Source: the human T2T-CHM13v2.0 reference genome, Homo sapiens. From it: a stretch of DNA of 64,000 nucleotides. The notes under the pieces were generated by a model. It saw only the letters and a program-made list of their open reading frames with translations, ran no database searches and was not told the origin of the DNA. Shown here piece by piece: positions 1-15,800 of this stretch; the stretch's first letter is position 1, and every line of letters begins with the position of its first letter. The position numbers were made by a program, and so were the translations under genes. The stretch lies in assembly GCF_009914755.1 (NCBI RefSeq), contig NC_060926.1; one strand, 5' to 3'.

Positions 1-209
1 GTTCCCTCATTCTCATTTGTTCTTAAATTTGCTGAGTTTTGAAAGATTGTTTTTGGTTCCATATAAATACTATACTTTTATTATATGGCAAAGCATTTCT
101 GTTGTATATTTTCAAAATTTTATTGAAAGGTGCAAAAAGTGGTTGTGAGAATATTATTCTTGCTTTCTTCAAGAAATATAACAGAACAGTTTCTAAAAAA
201 CAAGTAAAA

Positions 210-283
210 GCTGGGTATGGTGGCACACACCTCTTATCCCAGCTACTCAGGAGGCTGAGATGGGAGGATCACTTGAGCCCAGA
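210..283 (+). mobile_element. FLAM/Alu monomer fragment (3'-truncated)
   Basis: gctgggtatggtggcacacacctcttatcccagctactcaggaggctgagatgggaggatcacttgagccca matches the 7SL-derived FLAM/AluJ monomer. Confidence 0.85.
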
Positions 284-1094
284 AAGAAGCATAGCCCAAA
301 GAACTGGACATAAAAGGAAAAGAAACAAGAAATAAGTAAACTATCAGCTTTCAGAAAACATCCTATCTACTTTAAACTACTTTTTTTTTCCATTTTATAT
401 GTGATATGTGCTTGAACACTGTCCTCAGTGTATTCTCCTCCAAGAATGGAAAGATTTAGCTCCAAAATTCAAAGGCTAGCTTACTATACCTTAATAAACT
501 TTACTAGTATTACATTTAAAAACATATAAAATATTTGCAGTATTGTTTTCATTTGTTATAGATGGTAGACAAATACCTAATTGTGTTTAAATATACACCT
601 TAAAAATAAAATCTCAATCTGTAATGTACTGCAACTTCAATTACTAAGGAAACATGGTGTTTTAATTGCTCTTTGATTGACATAAAAATATGTTACCAGC
701 AAACACATTCAAAAAGAGAGTTTACTAACTTAGCTAGAGAAAGTTCTGTTTTATACTAGGAATTCTATCTGAAATTAAATTGATTTAGGAAAAAATTACA
801 CATTATCCCTAATTATGGCTGTTGGCTTCATTATTTCTTTAAGGAATAAAATTGTTGCTTACACATGGTTAAGTTGCTTTGGTGATGAAAAAGAAGGTAG
901 TAAGAAGTAGATATGAATATTCTAGAAATTCTACTCTTTGTGCTTTTATTATTTGGCCAGATTTTCAATACGGTTCAATAATGGATTGTTGAGGAGTTCT
1001 AAAATTAAAAAAAATTTAATAATTTTCCATTTGGAAAACTGGCATAGATTTATAGACTATTGCCATTCTACTTAGGTATTCCCACCCAATCCCA

Positions 1095-1460
1095 CGGTTT
1101 CAATGACCTCCTAGGTGTTAAGGATTCCCAGATCCATTTCTTAAGCTCTGATTTCATTCTTAAGCTACGATTTGCATATCAGATTTCCCATTCCACATAT
1201 ACTTTATAGGCAATATACCCCAACTGAGCTCTTTGTTTTCCCCTCTAAATCTCGCCCTCCTTTCTGTATTTCCTATCTTGATGCAAGTGTCCTTAGACAC
1301 CTATTGATTAACAGAAACAGAAGAGCTAATCTGGAGGTCTTCCTCTTCCTCAGTGTTGTCTTACTTCAACTCTATTTATCGTTTTTGATTTAAATTTTTC
1401 TAAATTTTTCATATCCATCCCCTGCTCCCTTTTTTCATACTAAGGCCTTAGCTGACATTT
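1095..1460 (+). mobile_element. L2 fragment, highly diverged
   Basis: Pyrimidine-rich L2-like motifs (ccccaactgagctctttgttttcccc; tttcctatcttgatg; ctggaggtcttcctc). Confidence 0.5.
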
Positions 1461-3214
1461 TTCTTGCCCTAGAAAGGAGGAAAAGAACAATTCCATTGAC
1501 CTGCAAAGCAAGAAAAGTCTATGTTCAAAAGAAGAAAGAAATATTAAAAACTGGATTTTTTAGTATACAAAAGTGAGTACTGTTAAATAGCTAAAAATAT
1601 TGTATTTCATCTACTTGTATTCAACATTAATAGTACATTAGGGAAAATAACTTCAAATGCTTATTAATTATTTCATAAATGAGTCCTAAAAATCTCGTCA
1701 ATGAGATTATAAATTATTGAGGTGATAGACAATCATTTTTCTCCCCACTGGAAAACAGAAAAATATCTACTCTTACATTAACCTGAAATGAGAACTGTGA
1801 AGAGGAAATGTGTTTTAGAAGCTTCTTTAAGACAGATTGAAAGTGTGCAGACATGCCAATCTTTCTTCATCCTGTAGTGGAAATGAATGAAGTTCAACAC
1901 AGGTTTTCCACATACCTAAATTACTACTAGGTTTCTTGGGCTGAGCATGGAAAGAAAGCTAAAACAGCATTAATTACTGTCACAGACTACATGTTAGGCT
2001 AGAGTTCACCTTTAGAAAGGAAGATTAATTTTGCTTTTCAATTTAGCTTCCTCTGTAGCTTTGACAAGATAAACCATTTCAGAGAAGGTTTGTTAAATCT
2101 GATTAGGATTCTTGTTTTAGCAGCTATCAGACTTTTATAATGGTCCAGTGGCCAGCAATAAACAGACACCTAGAGAATCACAACTAAAACTTTTGGGAAA
2201 GGAATACTGAATGCATTTTTATTTTTCAAATTGCTAGGAAAAAGTAAAACCTCCATTCTTTTGAAAGACTTTTCTTGTTTTGATTTCTAGATGCCTGGAA
2301 GGTGATAGATGTGAGTACTAAAATTCTGCTTCAGTGTGAATTCCACAACTATCATTTCGCTGATGGAAAATATTCTAATATAAGAAGATATTCCAGTTGC
2401 TTAAAGTTTCATTTTACAGTATTCACCCTTTCCCCTTGAAAGCTTGCACTGTCTCTATTATTGAGCTTGATAATTTGCTTTTCTTAGCATTGAAATAGAC
2501 CCATGACAAAGTCAGAAATAAATTTTCCACAACTTTTACAAGTTAAAAAGACTGAGTTTCCACCTATGGCTTAATACAAATAAGATTCAGAATAATTATT
2601 TAATATTTACTCCAATATGCCAAGACTTTTTGTATTTTTATGTTAGTATATTAGGGGGATGTATTGCATACCGTCTAGTAAACTCCAAATATACATATAC
2701 ATATATTTATTTTAATTTTAACAAAAATATTTATTGTTTGGATAGATTTTATAAGCAGTGGCTGATTACATAGTGGAAGATAATTCCTTTGTGTATAAAT
2801 AAATCTCCCCTTAAATTCTATTGTTAAGAATTCATTTCTGTGGCCCATGAATTTTTTTTCCAGAATTTTTGTCTGCTACTGAGTAATATATTTGAGTCTG
2901 TAGCCCAGGAGAAACAAAGAGTATGAGTAAGTGAAAGAAAACTGTGACAATGTACAAATTTTCAGTGAGAAGGCTGGTTTAGGAATTCAGAAGTCAAAGC
3001 CAAACTTAAACCAAAAAACCCTGAATTTATTGTGTTAATTAAAATCATCATTGATTTAACCAGCAGTAAATGAAAAGTTGATTAATTTTTAAGTATTCAT
3101 TCAGTTATAAGGTGACATTTACTGTCATTGTTTCTTAAATTATTTTATTCAACTCGCTGTTTTAAATCCTAAGTTCTATTCAATTAATTGGAAAGACAGT
3201 AAAATAAGGGATAG

Positions 3215-4170
<956 letters not shown>

Positions 4171-7100
4171 TAGGGTTTTTGAAAATTGAGAAAAATGGCT
4201 TATTGATTGCATAGTTGTTAAATTTTGAAATATTAAGAACATGTTTTGAAAAAAATTGTGAATTATTACCTAGTGTTTCATTTGTATCACAGAGAAATTA
4301 ACAAGTAATCATTAAAGCTATGTAAAATAATCTTTATTAACAGTTAATATTTCAATAACAATTGCATACTTAAGTTGAATGAAAATTCCAAGCACATTAT
4401 AAGTTATACAAATTATTTTCTGAATGTAAATTATAGCTAATATTCTATATTTTATATATCTTTACATAAAAATATACAATTTTAAAGTACTAGATTTTAC
4501 CAAAATAAGTTATACTTTGGGCCCCTCCAAATCTAACAAATTCAGCTAGCTTGAAGATACAAATATAGTTAAAGAATTACAAAAATATGAACATCGCTGC
4601 CTTATGAGTTTTCTTAATTTACAAAATCTGACTTATTCTTTTAGATGTTTCTAGACCTAATAAACGTTCCAAATTTATATTTCCTAGACAGTTTCATTCT
4701 ATTATGCTAGTTCCCAAATGTAGTAGTTGCGGGTGTACTTGGACTTTGTATGTTTACAAAGTATGTTTACAAAGGAGTCATGTTCTAAATATAAAACCTG
4801 ACTCCTATGTGTTCACCATATCCACACACAGGGCACAACAACAAATAGTTCAGCCAGTGGGATACTGGTATGGCCCAGACCAGAGAGAGATTCTGTGGGA
4901 GGGTTTGATAGTATGATTAGCTATCAGCAACGTAATTCAGTACTTTTAACTCCAAACAAAATTTTCTTTAGTAGGTTTAGCTCATACTATAAACACAGAA
5001 CCATACAAAACTCTGGGGTGTAACCTGGGCATTTCTCATCTGGACCATAGCTGGGCATAATGTGGGCGCAGTTCTGTACTCAGAAGCCATTTCTCTGATT
5101 TTCTAAGTTAGTATAATTTCCTCTCCCTTCTGGTGGGCAAGTGGGGATCACTTTGTGGAGTTATCAAAATTTTTCTTTTTATTTAGCATTAGGAGAAAGG
5201 TATGTTTGGAGGTGGCAAATTTTGTCCAGTGAATCTCTTTTCATATCCTGACTTTTGTCAAATGGTCCCACCTAACATCCGCTGAAGGTTCCATGCATTC
5301 TTCCAACTCTGCCTTTAATCACATTGTTAACTGTACTAGGAATAGCTTGTCATCCTATCCTCTCCACATGTGTTAGTGTAACTCATTTCTAGTAACTTGT
5401 TATTTAACTAATGAAGCCACAGCATTCTGTCTACCTCATACACCTGGCAATTCACTTATTTTCTATGGCATCACTTGAACTGTACATTACTGTATGGTTT
5501 TATATTGCTACTTAGTTGCTTTCCAGCCAGACTGAAGTACTATTAGTTGCCTGAAAAGGAGGTGCTGTTTCACCAACTTCTGGACCATTACAAGTGCTAT
5601 TCCCTTTGAATAACACTTATAATAACAGACCATTATTCCCCTTTGATTCAATTTGATAATGGCTCTACCAAACAAGTACAACACACAGACACCGCCAGCC
5701 CCCCAACACACACACACTCTTCACGCAGTTTTCAAGGTTTTGCTGAGACATCACATTTTCAAAACAGACATTTCTGCCTTCTCCTATGGGATGTGGTTGG
5801 GTGCTTTTCCTACACAAACCCAAAGTATCCTCTATGTTCCCCATGTGTCCCTTTGTAATTGTTTACTTCATCTATAAGTAAAGCCCCACAAGACTAACAG
5901 TTCCTTTATCATAAATGAAAAAATGGATTTCTCAAGTATTATTTAACTTTTCTTGCATGGAGTTCTTCTATACTTCATAATGAGGTAATAGGGTTGTTGA
6001 GACTAGAGAATGCATTTTTCTTTTTTTCTTTTTTTGGAGCCTGTCCCCACTCAGCATTTCATACATACGGATTTTCAATACTTACAGGATTTTTTAAGGG
6101 ACTGTATTGGATTTTTCCCTTGCGTTGTTGTCCTTATATGAAGTCACAGAACTCATGTCCAGGAGGGCCCTCAGAGATCATTTAGTCTAACCTTTTTATT
6201 GATATTGCTTTTAGATTTCACTGTGAAGGCATTTTAGGTATTTTGGCCCAGAGGCAAGATGAGTTAGTTAAGGGAGAAAGTGCTAAGAGAGCATAAATGA
6301 AGTTAAGGCAAACTTCTTACTGGTTTTTCCTCCTTTTTGAAGGGAGAGTTGGCAGAAAGTAGAAGAAAGGGAGGGGAAACTGGGGAGTGGAGAGGCTCCC
6401 AAAAGAGACTGAGACACGAATAATAGCGACTCCTGAATAGTCAACAATTTGAATGGGTGGAGGGGCAGGAAAAGGGTCTAACAGTGCATAACACTCTGGG
6501 GACGGGTCTGGTCCTGGGACAAACCTGCCAGCAGATTATCGTCAGGAAGAGTCTGAATCCAAATCTAAATTAAGTCTAATTTAGGCCCAAACTGGGCCAT
6601 CTCTAGGAGGGTTCAGATTCTAAGCTACCTTTAGGAGAATAGGGAGCTTGGGGAAGATGACACTTACTGTGTGTCTCTTTCTCTCACTAGCACTTTTACA
6701 TAACACAGCTGGGTTAAATTGAACCTCAGAATGAGCTGGAAAAGAGACACAGTCACACATTACCCAAAGTTGGAAATAAGGTCAAGAGAATGTGGTATAT
6801 TCATTCAACATCATATTGGGGCATTGTTCTTAACTTTTTGAAAAAGTACATTATAGCAATATAACCTGAGAGGTTATGGAGAATGGGCAGGCAAGCCTCA
6901 CCTGAACACCTGGGGACTCATTTACATTTTAATTTGATGTACCACAGTTCCTTTAGAGAACAGCTAAATGAGGATTTTTTTTCTTCCACCTAGGTATAGC
7001 TTTCCACACCATCTTCAAGAAACAGCTACTATTAACTGCTGTTCTCCCAAGGCCTAGGATTTAGGAATATCATTTCAATTCACTACATGCTAGGGCTATT

Positions 7101-8659
7101 CTGCCATTGAGCCAGAAAATAAAAGTAGTTAGAACATTGTATTTGTATGTGTATTTCTGAAGACAAAGATTCTGTAATTTTATTAACTTACATATGACAC
7201 AGAATTTATTAAAATATTTTCCAATTTCCTAGCCCTGGTTTTCTCCCAATATTATGTAAGCAAAATCATAATCTACTTAATAGGAGGATAGGCATAGGAC
7301 TGATGATTTAGCTATTTTTATCTTCATTTATCTCATCTCTGCTAAGGTACTGAAATTATAACTGGGTTAATATTCTGAAAATTAGTAATGTGTTTTCTTT
7401 TTCACCTCTCTAAGTACTGGACATTTACCCTACTTTCCCCACGGTAGGGAGAGAAGAATGTGGAGAAATTAGGATTTGTCATAGAAGGTATTAAATGATA
7501 TCCCAAAAAGGACTGTTCTGTAAGACAATAAATGTGAAAGCCAGGTTCAGTGAAAACACAACTGTTGGACAAAATGGAAAGATGTGTTAGGTTAATGAGG
7601 ACAGAAGGACTCAGATCCTGCTCCCCGTAGGGACACTGAGAAAAAGCCACACTGTCCCTCACCAATTAAAGGTACAGCATATGAGAGTAAATTTATAGGC
7701 ACAGAAAACTTCAGGCAGTTCTCAGGCATGTCATGTGGTTTAAGTTTTCCAAACCATTTTCAGACACACTTGGCATGGGTGCAAATGTGAGAGCCAGGGG
7801 GCCCACCGTGGGGCCTGCTGGGTGGCATTGGTGTGGACCACCAGGCAGAGGAGCAAATGCTGATTATGGCAATGACATAGTATTCCCTAGCCAAAGTCAA
7901 AAGAAACAAGATCTTGAATTACACAGGCCTTATTCATTATCGAAGAGTTCTAGCAGGACAAGCAGGAATGAGGTGAACAAGAGATCTTATTCCGTGACAT
8001 AAGTAGCCACATAGCACCACACCTCTAGACTTTGACTTTTGCCTTCTGGTACAAGTTTGTGTGAGATACACTCTGCTCTCCGATACTCAGATGCCATTTT
8101 AAGGAAGAATTTTGAATATGATAATGAGCTAAGAAATATAAAATATTAAGAGATGTTGTTTTACTACACAGAGTAAACATTACTTAGAGGGATTAATTGA
8201 AGCAACAGATCTAAAAAAGAACTGAATGGATTAGGTGTTAAGTTACTGTTCTAAAACTGAGAAGCCCATGAGGCTATGGGAAGAGACGACATTAATAACA
8301 AGAGTAAAAAGAGTTTTTATTTTTTGTTTTTGCATATTTGAGCATGTTGTGAGTTAAACCTGCAATTTTACCTCACAATGTACCAGCTATATACACTGAG
8401 GAAGAGTAGCACCCATTTTCTCCCCTGAGACACCAGCAACTGAGTAGAAATCTAGATATTACTGCTAAACTGATATCTGACTCTTACCCCATATGACAGT
8501 CCAGTTTAGGGTGGGATAGTCAAGGGATTCTTCAAAAGAGGCAGAAATTGAGTTGTCTTAATTTATGGATTGGACTTAGGAAAATGGAGAAAGTCATTGC
8601 AGGAAGGACAGATGTTTGGAATAGTCCGGATCACACAGCGTATGACCAATATAAAGGAT

Positions 8660-10640
8660 AGAATTTCACTTCTATTTTCAGCATTATGGTATATCAAATA
8701 ATGTGAAAAGCCCTATGAATGCAAAAGACCTAGAAACATCAGACACAATATAGCAAACATTAATTTTAGACTCAGAAGTGAGTTCCAAAAATGGATGAGA
8801 AATGATCAGGAATCAATATGAAAAATGCACTAAAATACAGAAGGAAAGGTGATGTAGGCATCATGGCACCTTTGCAAGAGTTTGCCAATCTTGGCAACTA
8901 AGAGGATTGAATATTAATGGTTATGTAAGTTTATATCAGCAGGTACCACACAAAGTCAGAATCCCTAAAGGATTAGATCCTTGGTGAAAGGTGGACTTGA
9001 AAAAACAAGTAAACTCATCTATCTTGACCTGAGCTTGAGTCGGAGAAAACATCTCCTCTAAAAATTACACATTTTTAATGCTTACAAAGGATTAGCCTAT
9101 ATTCATATAGGTTTAAAGTTCAAATTTGAACTCTCTAGGTGGTCTAGGAGACCCCAAATAGTAAATTATCATAAGTAATTGATATTGATTGATACTATAC
9201 AGGAACATCTGGCAAAAGGAAATGACACATCTTAGGATTTCCAGAGATAAGACCCTTCTAATCATAAACTCAAAGTCCATAATTAAAAAATATATGGAGA
9301 AGAATCAGCAAAGTGATTAACTAAAATTAGATCCACATGAATACTATATAATTTAGTGACTGAGTATATAATATACATACATACATTTGAAACATTTAGA
9401 GAAAAATAGATTGAAACACAGAAAAGAACAATTTTTTTGAAGTAAAAAGCATTTATAGAAATAAAAATAATAATTAAAATGGAAAATCCACTGGAAACCT
9501 TAACTTACAGGCTGCAACAGTCTCCAGCTGAAAGGATCACTAATAAATTACTAATATGTTTTGAAAGAATTATCCTGAATTTAGTACAGAGATACAAAAT
9601 GAAAAATATGACAGTTTAAGGAACTTAGAGGGTAGAATAAGAAGATTTAATATGTATTTACTTGGGCTTCTGGTAAAAAATATTCTATATAATGACAGAA
9701 AGTAGAGAGAAAACAACCACATATGCCTTTCAGAATGGAAAAGCAAGGATACTCAGATTGAGGGAGGCTAATACATTTCAATCAAGTAAATACAAAGGAA
9801 TCCACAGTCAGAGGTATCATATCATACTGAGACTGCAGAACACTAAGTACAAAAAGAATATTTCAATAGCAGCCTGAAAGAAAGGTAGATTTTCTCCAAA
9901 AGACTATAATTAGAGTGACTATCAACATATTGATAGCATCAATAGAAGTCAGGAGACAGTAGAACAATTCTTCAATCTGTGAAAAGAAAATATTGTCACA
10001 TAGAATTTTATTCAAAGGAAGAATATATATTTTAATCAAAACAACACTAAGAATTTGCTTTAACAAATCCTCAGGCAAATGAAAAAATTCTAACCCACAA
10101 AAAATATCTTAGTTACTAAGAATAAAATTATCCCCGAAGCCTGTTGTTGCAGCCTGTTATTTAAGCTTTTCATCAAAATTTACACTTTAATTGTCATTAT
10201 TTTTTGTTTCTAAAACTCCTTTTTAAAATTATGACTCTTTAAAAAATACACTGTTCTTTCCTATATTTCAAACTTTTTTTTTCTCTAAAGGTATTGCTCA
10301 AAAGGTATTGGGGCAAAACAAACAAACAAACAAAAAACCCATCTGATTAAAATTTAGATAATCCGAGACAATCATGGATGGTATAAAACAATAATAACTA
10401 TTCACTCGAAGGGCAAAAAATGGGATTGGAGAAATATACTGGATAAAAATAACACGTAAGAAGGGAAAGGGTAATCATAGACAAATATGCATGCTACATT
10501 TTTGAAGGGTTATCTCTAACAGGACAGAAACAGTGTTTAAATTCTACTAGAAAGGAAAAATGAAGTAGAAACTTAAATAATCCTTCCCCAAAGAGAAAGT
10601 TTTTTTTTTTTAATATAAACAGAGAAAGCCAAATAAACAG
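8660..10640 (+). mobile_element. HAL1/old L1M 5' and ORF1-like remnant
   Basis: A-rich degenerate ORF1-type sequence (ttagagggtagaataagaagatttaatatg; actcagattgagggaggc; catatcatactgagactgcagaacac; agaagtcaggagacagtagaac); no intact ORF. Confidence 0.6.
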
Positions 10641-10786
10641 AGTACAAAGAAACTGAGCCTCTTACCCACTTCTAGTGGGAGTCTAAGTCAACACAACTAT
10701 TTTGAAGAATAATTGGCAATAACTTAAAGATTAACTTGTACATACCTGTGACAAAGCAATTCTGTTCCAAAGTATGTAAACTAGAG

Positions 10787-11015
10787 CAGTACATCTTAAG
10801 CTATCTATGGTTATAAAAACCTTTTAAAGTGCCTAATCTACTACAAAACCATAATTTTGCAAAATAAAAAATCACATACATGGATGTTGTAGCAATGCCA
10901 AATTGCTATAAAAGTTTTCACATGCTTACTCTTGGTGGTTGTACTTACTTCATCATAGATAACTAACCATTGAGAGATTTACACTTGTCCACAAACCACA
11001 CTTTGAGTAGCATTG
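10787..11015 (-). mobile_element. hAT-Charlie non-autonomous DNA transposon
   Basis: Reverse complement begins caatgctactcaaagtgtggtttgtggac (Charlie/MER5-class terminus) and contains ttttatagcaatttggcattgctacaacatcc; left end cagt follows ctagag. Confidence 0.7.
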
Positions 11016-11322
11016 CTGTATGGAAAGTCTTAAACACATGCATAAGGAGAAATGTACCAGAATCATCAGAGTAGCACCGTTTGTTACTGTAAACAAAATG
11101 AAACAAAACAAACTAGCTAAATGTCTCTCAGCCATAAAACAGCTAAGTAAAATGTGGAATATTCATACATCCAATAATATTTAGTGATATGAATGAATAA
11201 ATTAAAACTACATCAGATTTATCAAAGTGGATAAATATTAAAAACATAATAGGATAGAAAAATCGATTTTCAGAATACATGTCATATGATAGAATTTTGA
11301 TGCTATGCTTTCCTGAGGAATG

Positions 11323-11372
11323 TATATATATTTATATATATTTATATATTATATACTACATATTATATATAT
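11323..11372. repeat. Imperfect (TA)n microsatellite
   Basis: tatatatattatatatatttatatattatatactacatattatatatatat. Confidence 0.85.
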
Positions 11373-13074
11373 ATTTGTAGTGAAGTATAAAACATGACAG
11401 GAAGGAAAAGCACAAAATTTAGGATAGTTACTTTTTCTAGGTGGTAAGAAGGGAAGAAAATACTATTGGATAGGGCTACTGAACTATATTTGTACTCTTA
11501 TATTTCTTCAGCTGAGTAGAAAGTTCAAGTGTGTTCATTATATTCATTATATCATTTTTGCATGTTTAAAATATTTCATTATTTAAAAAGAAAAAGATAA
11601 ATTCATAAAGTATTTCATAAATTGAGAGCTTAGAATTATAGCAATACGGTTTAAATGTAAGACATCGTTCAGATCTGCCATTCTCTAACATACTTGAAGA
11701 ATTTGGGTTCTCACTCCACAGAACTTCAAATTGTGTGCTTTTAATATTTCAAGCTAGCATAGGTATATCACTTGTGGTTTTCATTCACTCGAACACCTTG
11801 CCCTGAGTACTACCTCTGCACGAAGTGTTTTCTAGGCATCAGTGTGCAGGGAGCCTGTAGCCAATCACGGAAGATTTCACATGTAGATTCTAATAAGCAT
11901 AGAAAACTGCTGTGCCTCCCACATTGTAAACCAAGAGTAACTACTGTATGTTTTTCATTTGCTTATTTAGCACTTCAAACATTGTCTACAAATATGTCCA
12001 TTGTAAATAAATAGGCAATTACTGTTTTCTGTTGACTATTTACATAAAGGACAAGACATTAAAAATATATTGGTCAAGGGATTCAATTAACAACTTAAAT
12101 CTAGCTAAGATTTGCCTCAGGGGTCAGGGTGGCTTGTGCATTCTTTGTAAGATTCTCCTGAGGCTTAAAAAATTTATTAGGGTTCTCAAATGGTAGGTAG
12201 AAATGCAAGTCATACACTTGTCTTAAGAATCATATTACACAGTATACAAATAGAAAGTATTATCTATTGTTACTTTTAATTATAATTACTTATCATTTAT
12301 GCAACATTCTTTCAATGCAGAGTAATTTAGAGTCATTTTTATTTATTGTTAAGGTGGTAAAACAATGAGGTTATGAAACTCTCCTGTTGTTTCACTCTAT
12401 TTTTTTTAATTGTGATCAGCAAAATGTCCTAGCTCTGGGACAGTGTTTATGAATGTAATTATAATTATGAATGCACATGCAGAAATGTACTAATGATCCA
12501 TTCTCTAAATACACTGGCAAGAGAAGTACAACTTTTCTCCTGGATTGCTTGTAAGTTACTTTTCAAGTAATTAACAAAATGATGTCCTATTTCTCACTAA
12601 ATTAGAAGTTACTAAATTAGAGATAGGAAAATTGCTGAGATGAGTTTCTACACTATGGTTTTGTAAACTGCCTTCAAATCGAAAGTGTTGCTGGAGTGGA
12701 AATCAAGCACACTTATTTTAAAATACCAAAGATTCTGATTGTGTACAGGTTATGACAGGCATGACCCATCAGTCCAGATTTTGTTTTTCTCATTAGTCTG
12801 ATCTCCATTTCCAAAGTTCAGTTTATGACTCACGGGATAAAAGAGTGAACTTCAACTCCATCTAATTCATATGTATTAAATAAACCTATGTCCCTTACAT
12901 TGTAATGTTTATAAAGGTTGAAAATGCAGTGGATGACATAGCTTTCCTCATCTGGACACTGGGTTTTGGGGAGATGAGACTTGGGAATACTAAATCTTTT
13001 AAGTTAAAGAAAAATAAATCACACGATTAATGTGCCACGTTGGGGGCGGCGTGGAGAAGTAAACTGAACTTTAG

Positions 13075-13220
13075 AAAACTTAGACTTTTATCCTTGTGTG
13101 TCACTAACTAGTTGTTCGTCTTTGGCCAAGTATCACTTTTAACTTTCTGAGTCTTTGTTCCTCATCTGTAGAGTGAGTGGGTCAGATTGTATGGTGTTTA
13201 AATTCCCTTCCAGTTTTCCT
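13075..13220 (+). mobile_element. MIR (MIR3/MIRc-like)
   Basis: Core tcactaactagttg...ttggccaagtatcac...tctgagtctttgttcctcatctgtagagtgag; tail tcccttccag. Confidence 0.8.
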
Positions 13221-13603
13221 GCACCGTCAACTGTCCTACACTCTTTGTCCTTTTATAAAATTTGTCACTGGTCTCATCCTAAACTTCTTTACACCACGTT
13301 GAAACTTGGGTTGGGTAGCAGGATGAAAAACAAGTAGCAGAGAAATGGAAATTCTATAAAAGTCATTAGAGTTTGCTTCCATCCTGGGATTTCTCTGTGA
13401 CATGGGGAAAATGTATAATGATAGAAAGCATTTGTACAATTTATATTACAAAGAAAATTTATTTCTACTTAAAGATGTACCCTATTTTTTTCTCCAAAAT
13501 GCCACTTACTTTCTTGCTTGAAAGTAGAGAAATTGATTTTAAAGAGGAGCCTTCAGTCATCCCATTTATGCCTACAGTGTGTCTTTTAGTTTGTGCATAA
13601 TCG

Positions 13604-13620
13604 TTCTCTCTCTCTCTCTC
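13604..13620. repeat. (TC)n microsatellite
   Basis: ttctctctctctctctc. Confidence 0.8.
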
Positions 13621-13842
13621 AGGCTCTGCATACATCAAGTGTAGATGGCTCAGAGTCTACATACATCAAATCATGTCATAGACCTAGAAAAGTAAAATTT
13701 AAGGTTGGGGAGGGGACTGGTGGATCTGAGATACAGTAAGTCATTTAACAACGTGATTAGAGTAGCCAAAGTTATGAAGAAGCACAGCTGAGATGAAGAT
13801 CTTGGGCAGGTTATCAGTTGGCTGCAAGAATTTAGAAAAGCA

Positions 13843-14195
<353 letters not shown>

Positions 14196-15554
14196 TCAGA
14201 CATTAGAGGAATAATGGGTGACACAGAAAAACACAAAAACAGTTATATATATAAAGCTGAGCATGACTTAGGATTCTGGAGACCATGGTTGCTTATCTCA
14301 ACACAGAAATTGTTTGGAGAAAAATTGTCTGGCAACCGATATTAGTGTAACGTTTCTAAGGGATTAAACTGGTTACTAATGTACAAAAAAAATCAAAATA
14401 TTTTGTAATTTCGTGAATTGGATCTAAATAAAACCTGTAATAATGACTATGAAATCAAATTTCTAAATAGGGGGAATAATCTTCTGCTGTCATTAAAATG
14501 ATGTGCCATTTAGAATATTTTTTTCTAATTTCTTGTCTCTCTTTAAAGCTCTTCCATAAATCATAGAAATGAATACTTATGATTTTGGGGATTTTTTTTT
14601 ACCCTGATAAACATAAACTTAAAATTTAGGGAGCTTTTTAACATTTATGTTTATTTTTATAATTAATACAAAATTACAGAAGAAATGAATAATAATATTT
14701 CCAGTTAAACCTAGCTTTAGTAAAGAGATGTATATTATTAATTTATCCTCTCAAGCAGAGAAATGAAGAAACAAAAGACCGATTAGGTTTTCTAAATAAA
14801 TACTGCATAATAATAGTAAAATGACTATAAGGTCATGACATCATAGATTATTGCAGCTTGAAGAGTTTTATCTATCCCTTTCTCTTCTTATTTAGTCTCA
14901 GGCCTCTTTATTTTGTAAATGAGAAATACCATGAAATAATACTTTCAGACAGTATTATTATGGTTAGGAAAGATAAAATCAAATTATTCTGGTAATCCTT
15001 GATACTGAATTTTACAACATGGATCCTAAAGTATCATTAAATGAGCTAATTATTAGAAAATCTGCATCTTAAAGACCATTTAAGAGGACACACATACGTG
15101 CTTACATAGAACTTTAATTTAAATGAATACACAGAAATCACTAGTTTAAAAAAAACCCCAAGTACTGATTTGAAAATAAAACTATATCCAATTTTACTTT
15201 GGCAAAATGAAATAAACTATTATACATTTGAAACTTTAATATTTTATAAACTGCCGTATTTGGTTAAAACATTTTTGTGTCTTATTTTTCATTACTTCTG
15301 ATCTCTACAAATTTATGTTTATTGTTGTGGATGTAAATAAATTGATGGATCAAGTGAATCTTCCCTCAAAATAAATGAATTAGCTTAATAAATGTCTCTG
15401 ATTTTCGATATACACTAGAGAAGGTGTGGAAAACTGTCCGACACAATGAACTAATTTTAAGACATGCCATCATAACGATTAATTAAATGGGGATGCAGAA
15501 GAATAAATTAGCTAGATTAGGAAACATTAGACTAAGCAGTGTTGCTATGGATCA

Positions 15555-15800
15555 TTTGCATATTTATTCATGCTTGTTTGATTGATTCTTTTAGCAAATA
15601 CTTGTTAAAATTTTGGCTTGGGCAAATTACTCCTCTAGACTCAGAGACAAAGAGGTGAAGTAAAAAAGTTGGTGCCCTGAAGAAAATTATTATCTTGGAC
15701 AGTTTCCACTGAACGTTCAACTCATCTGCCTATCCATTCATTTATTCATTCATTGAATTACTTTTCATCAATTGTGTGTCAGAGCTGTGCTAGGCTATTC
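15555..15800 (-). mobile_element. Two L2 3'-end fragments
   Basis: attgattcttttagcaaatacttgttaaa and cattcatttattcattcattgaatta...tgtgtcagagctgtgctagg are reverse-strand L2 tails. Confidence 0.6.

Larger units (their letters stand above)
10650..11590 (+). mobile_element. Old L1ME-like 3' end, interrupted by a Charlie element
   Basis: caactattttgaagaataattggcaat; aaaatgtggaatattcatac; aaatttaggatagttacttt; ends aaaatatttcattatttaaaa. Confidence 0.7.

Noticed and set aside
1771-1812. Possible 6-nt - strand microexon (catttcAG GTTAAT gtaaga)
   Set aside because: Too short to distinguish from chance, and on the opposite strand to the candidate at 2291.
6222-6662. Possible ancient LTR (TG...CA bounded, purine-rich)
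   Set aside because: No TSD found and no confident family match from sequence alone.
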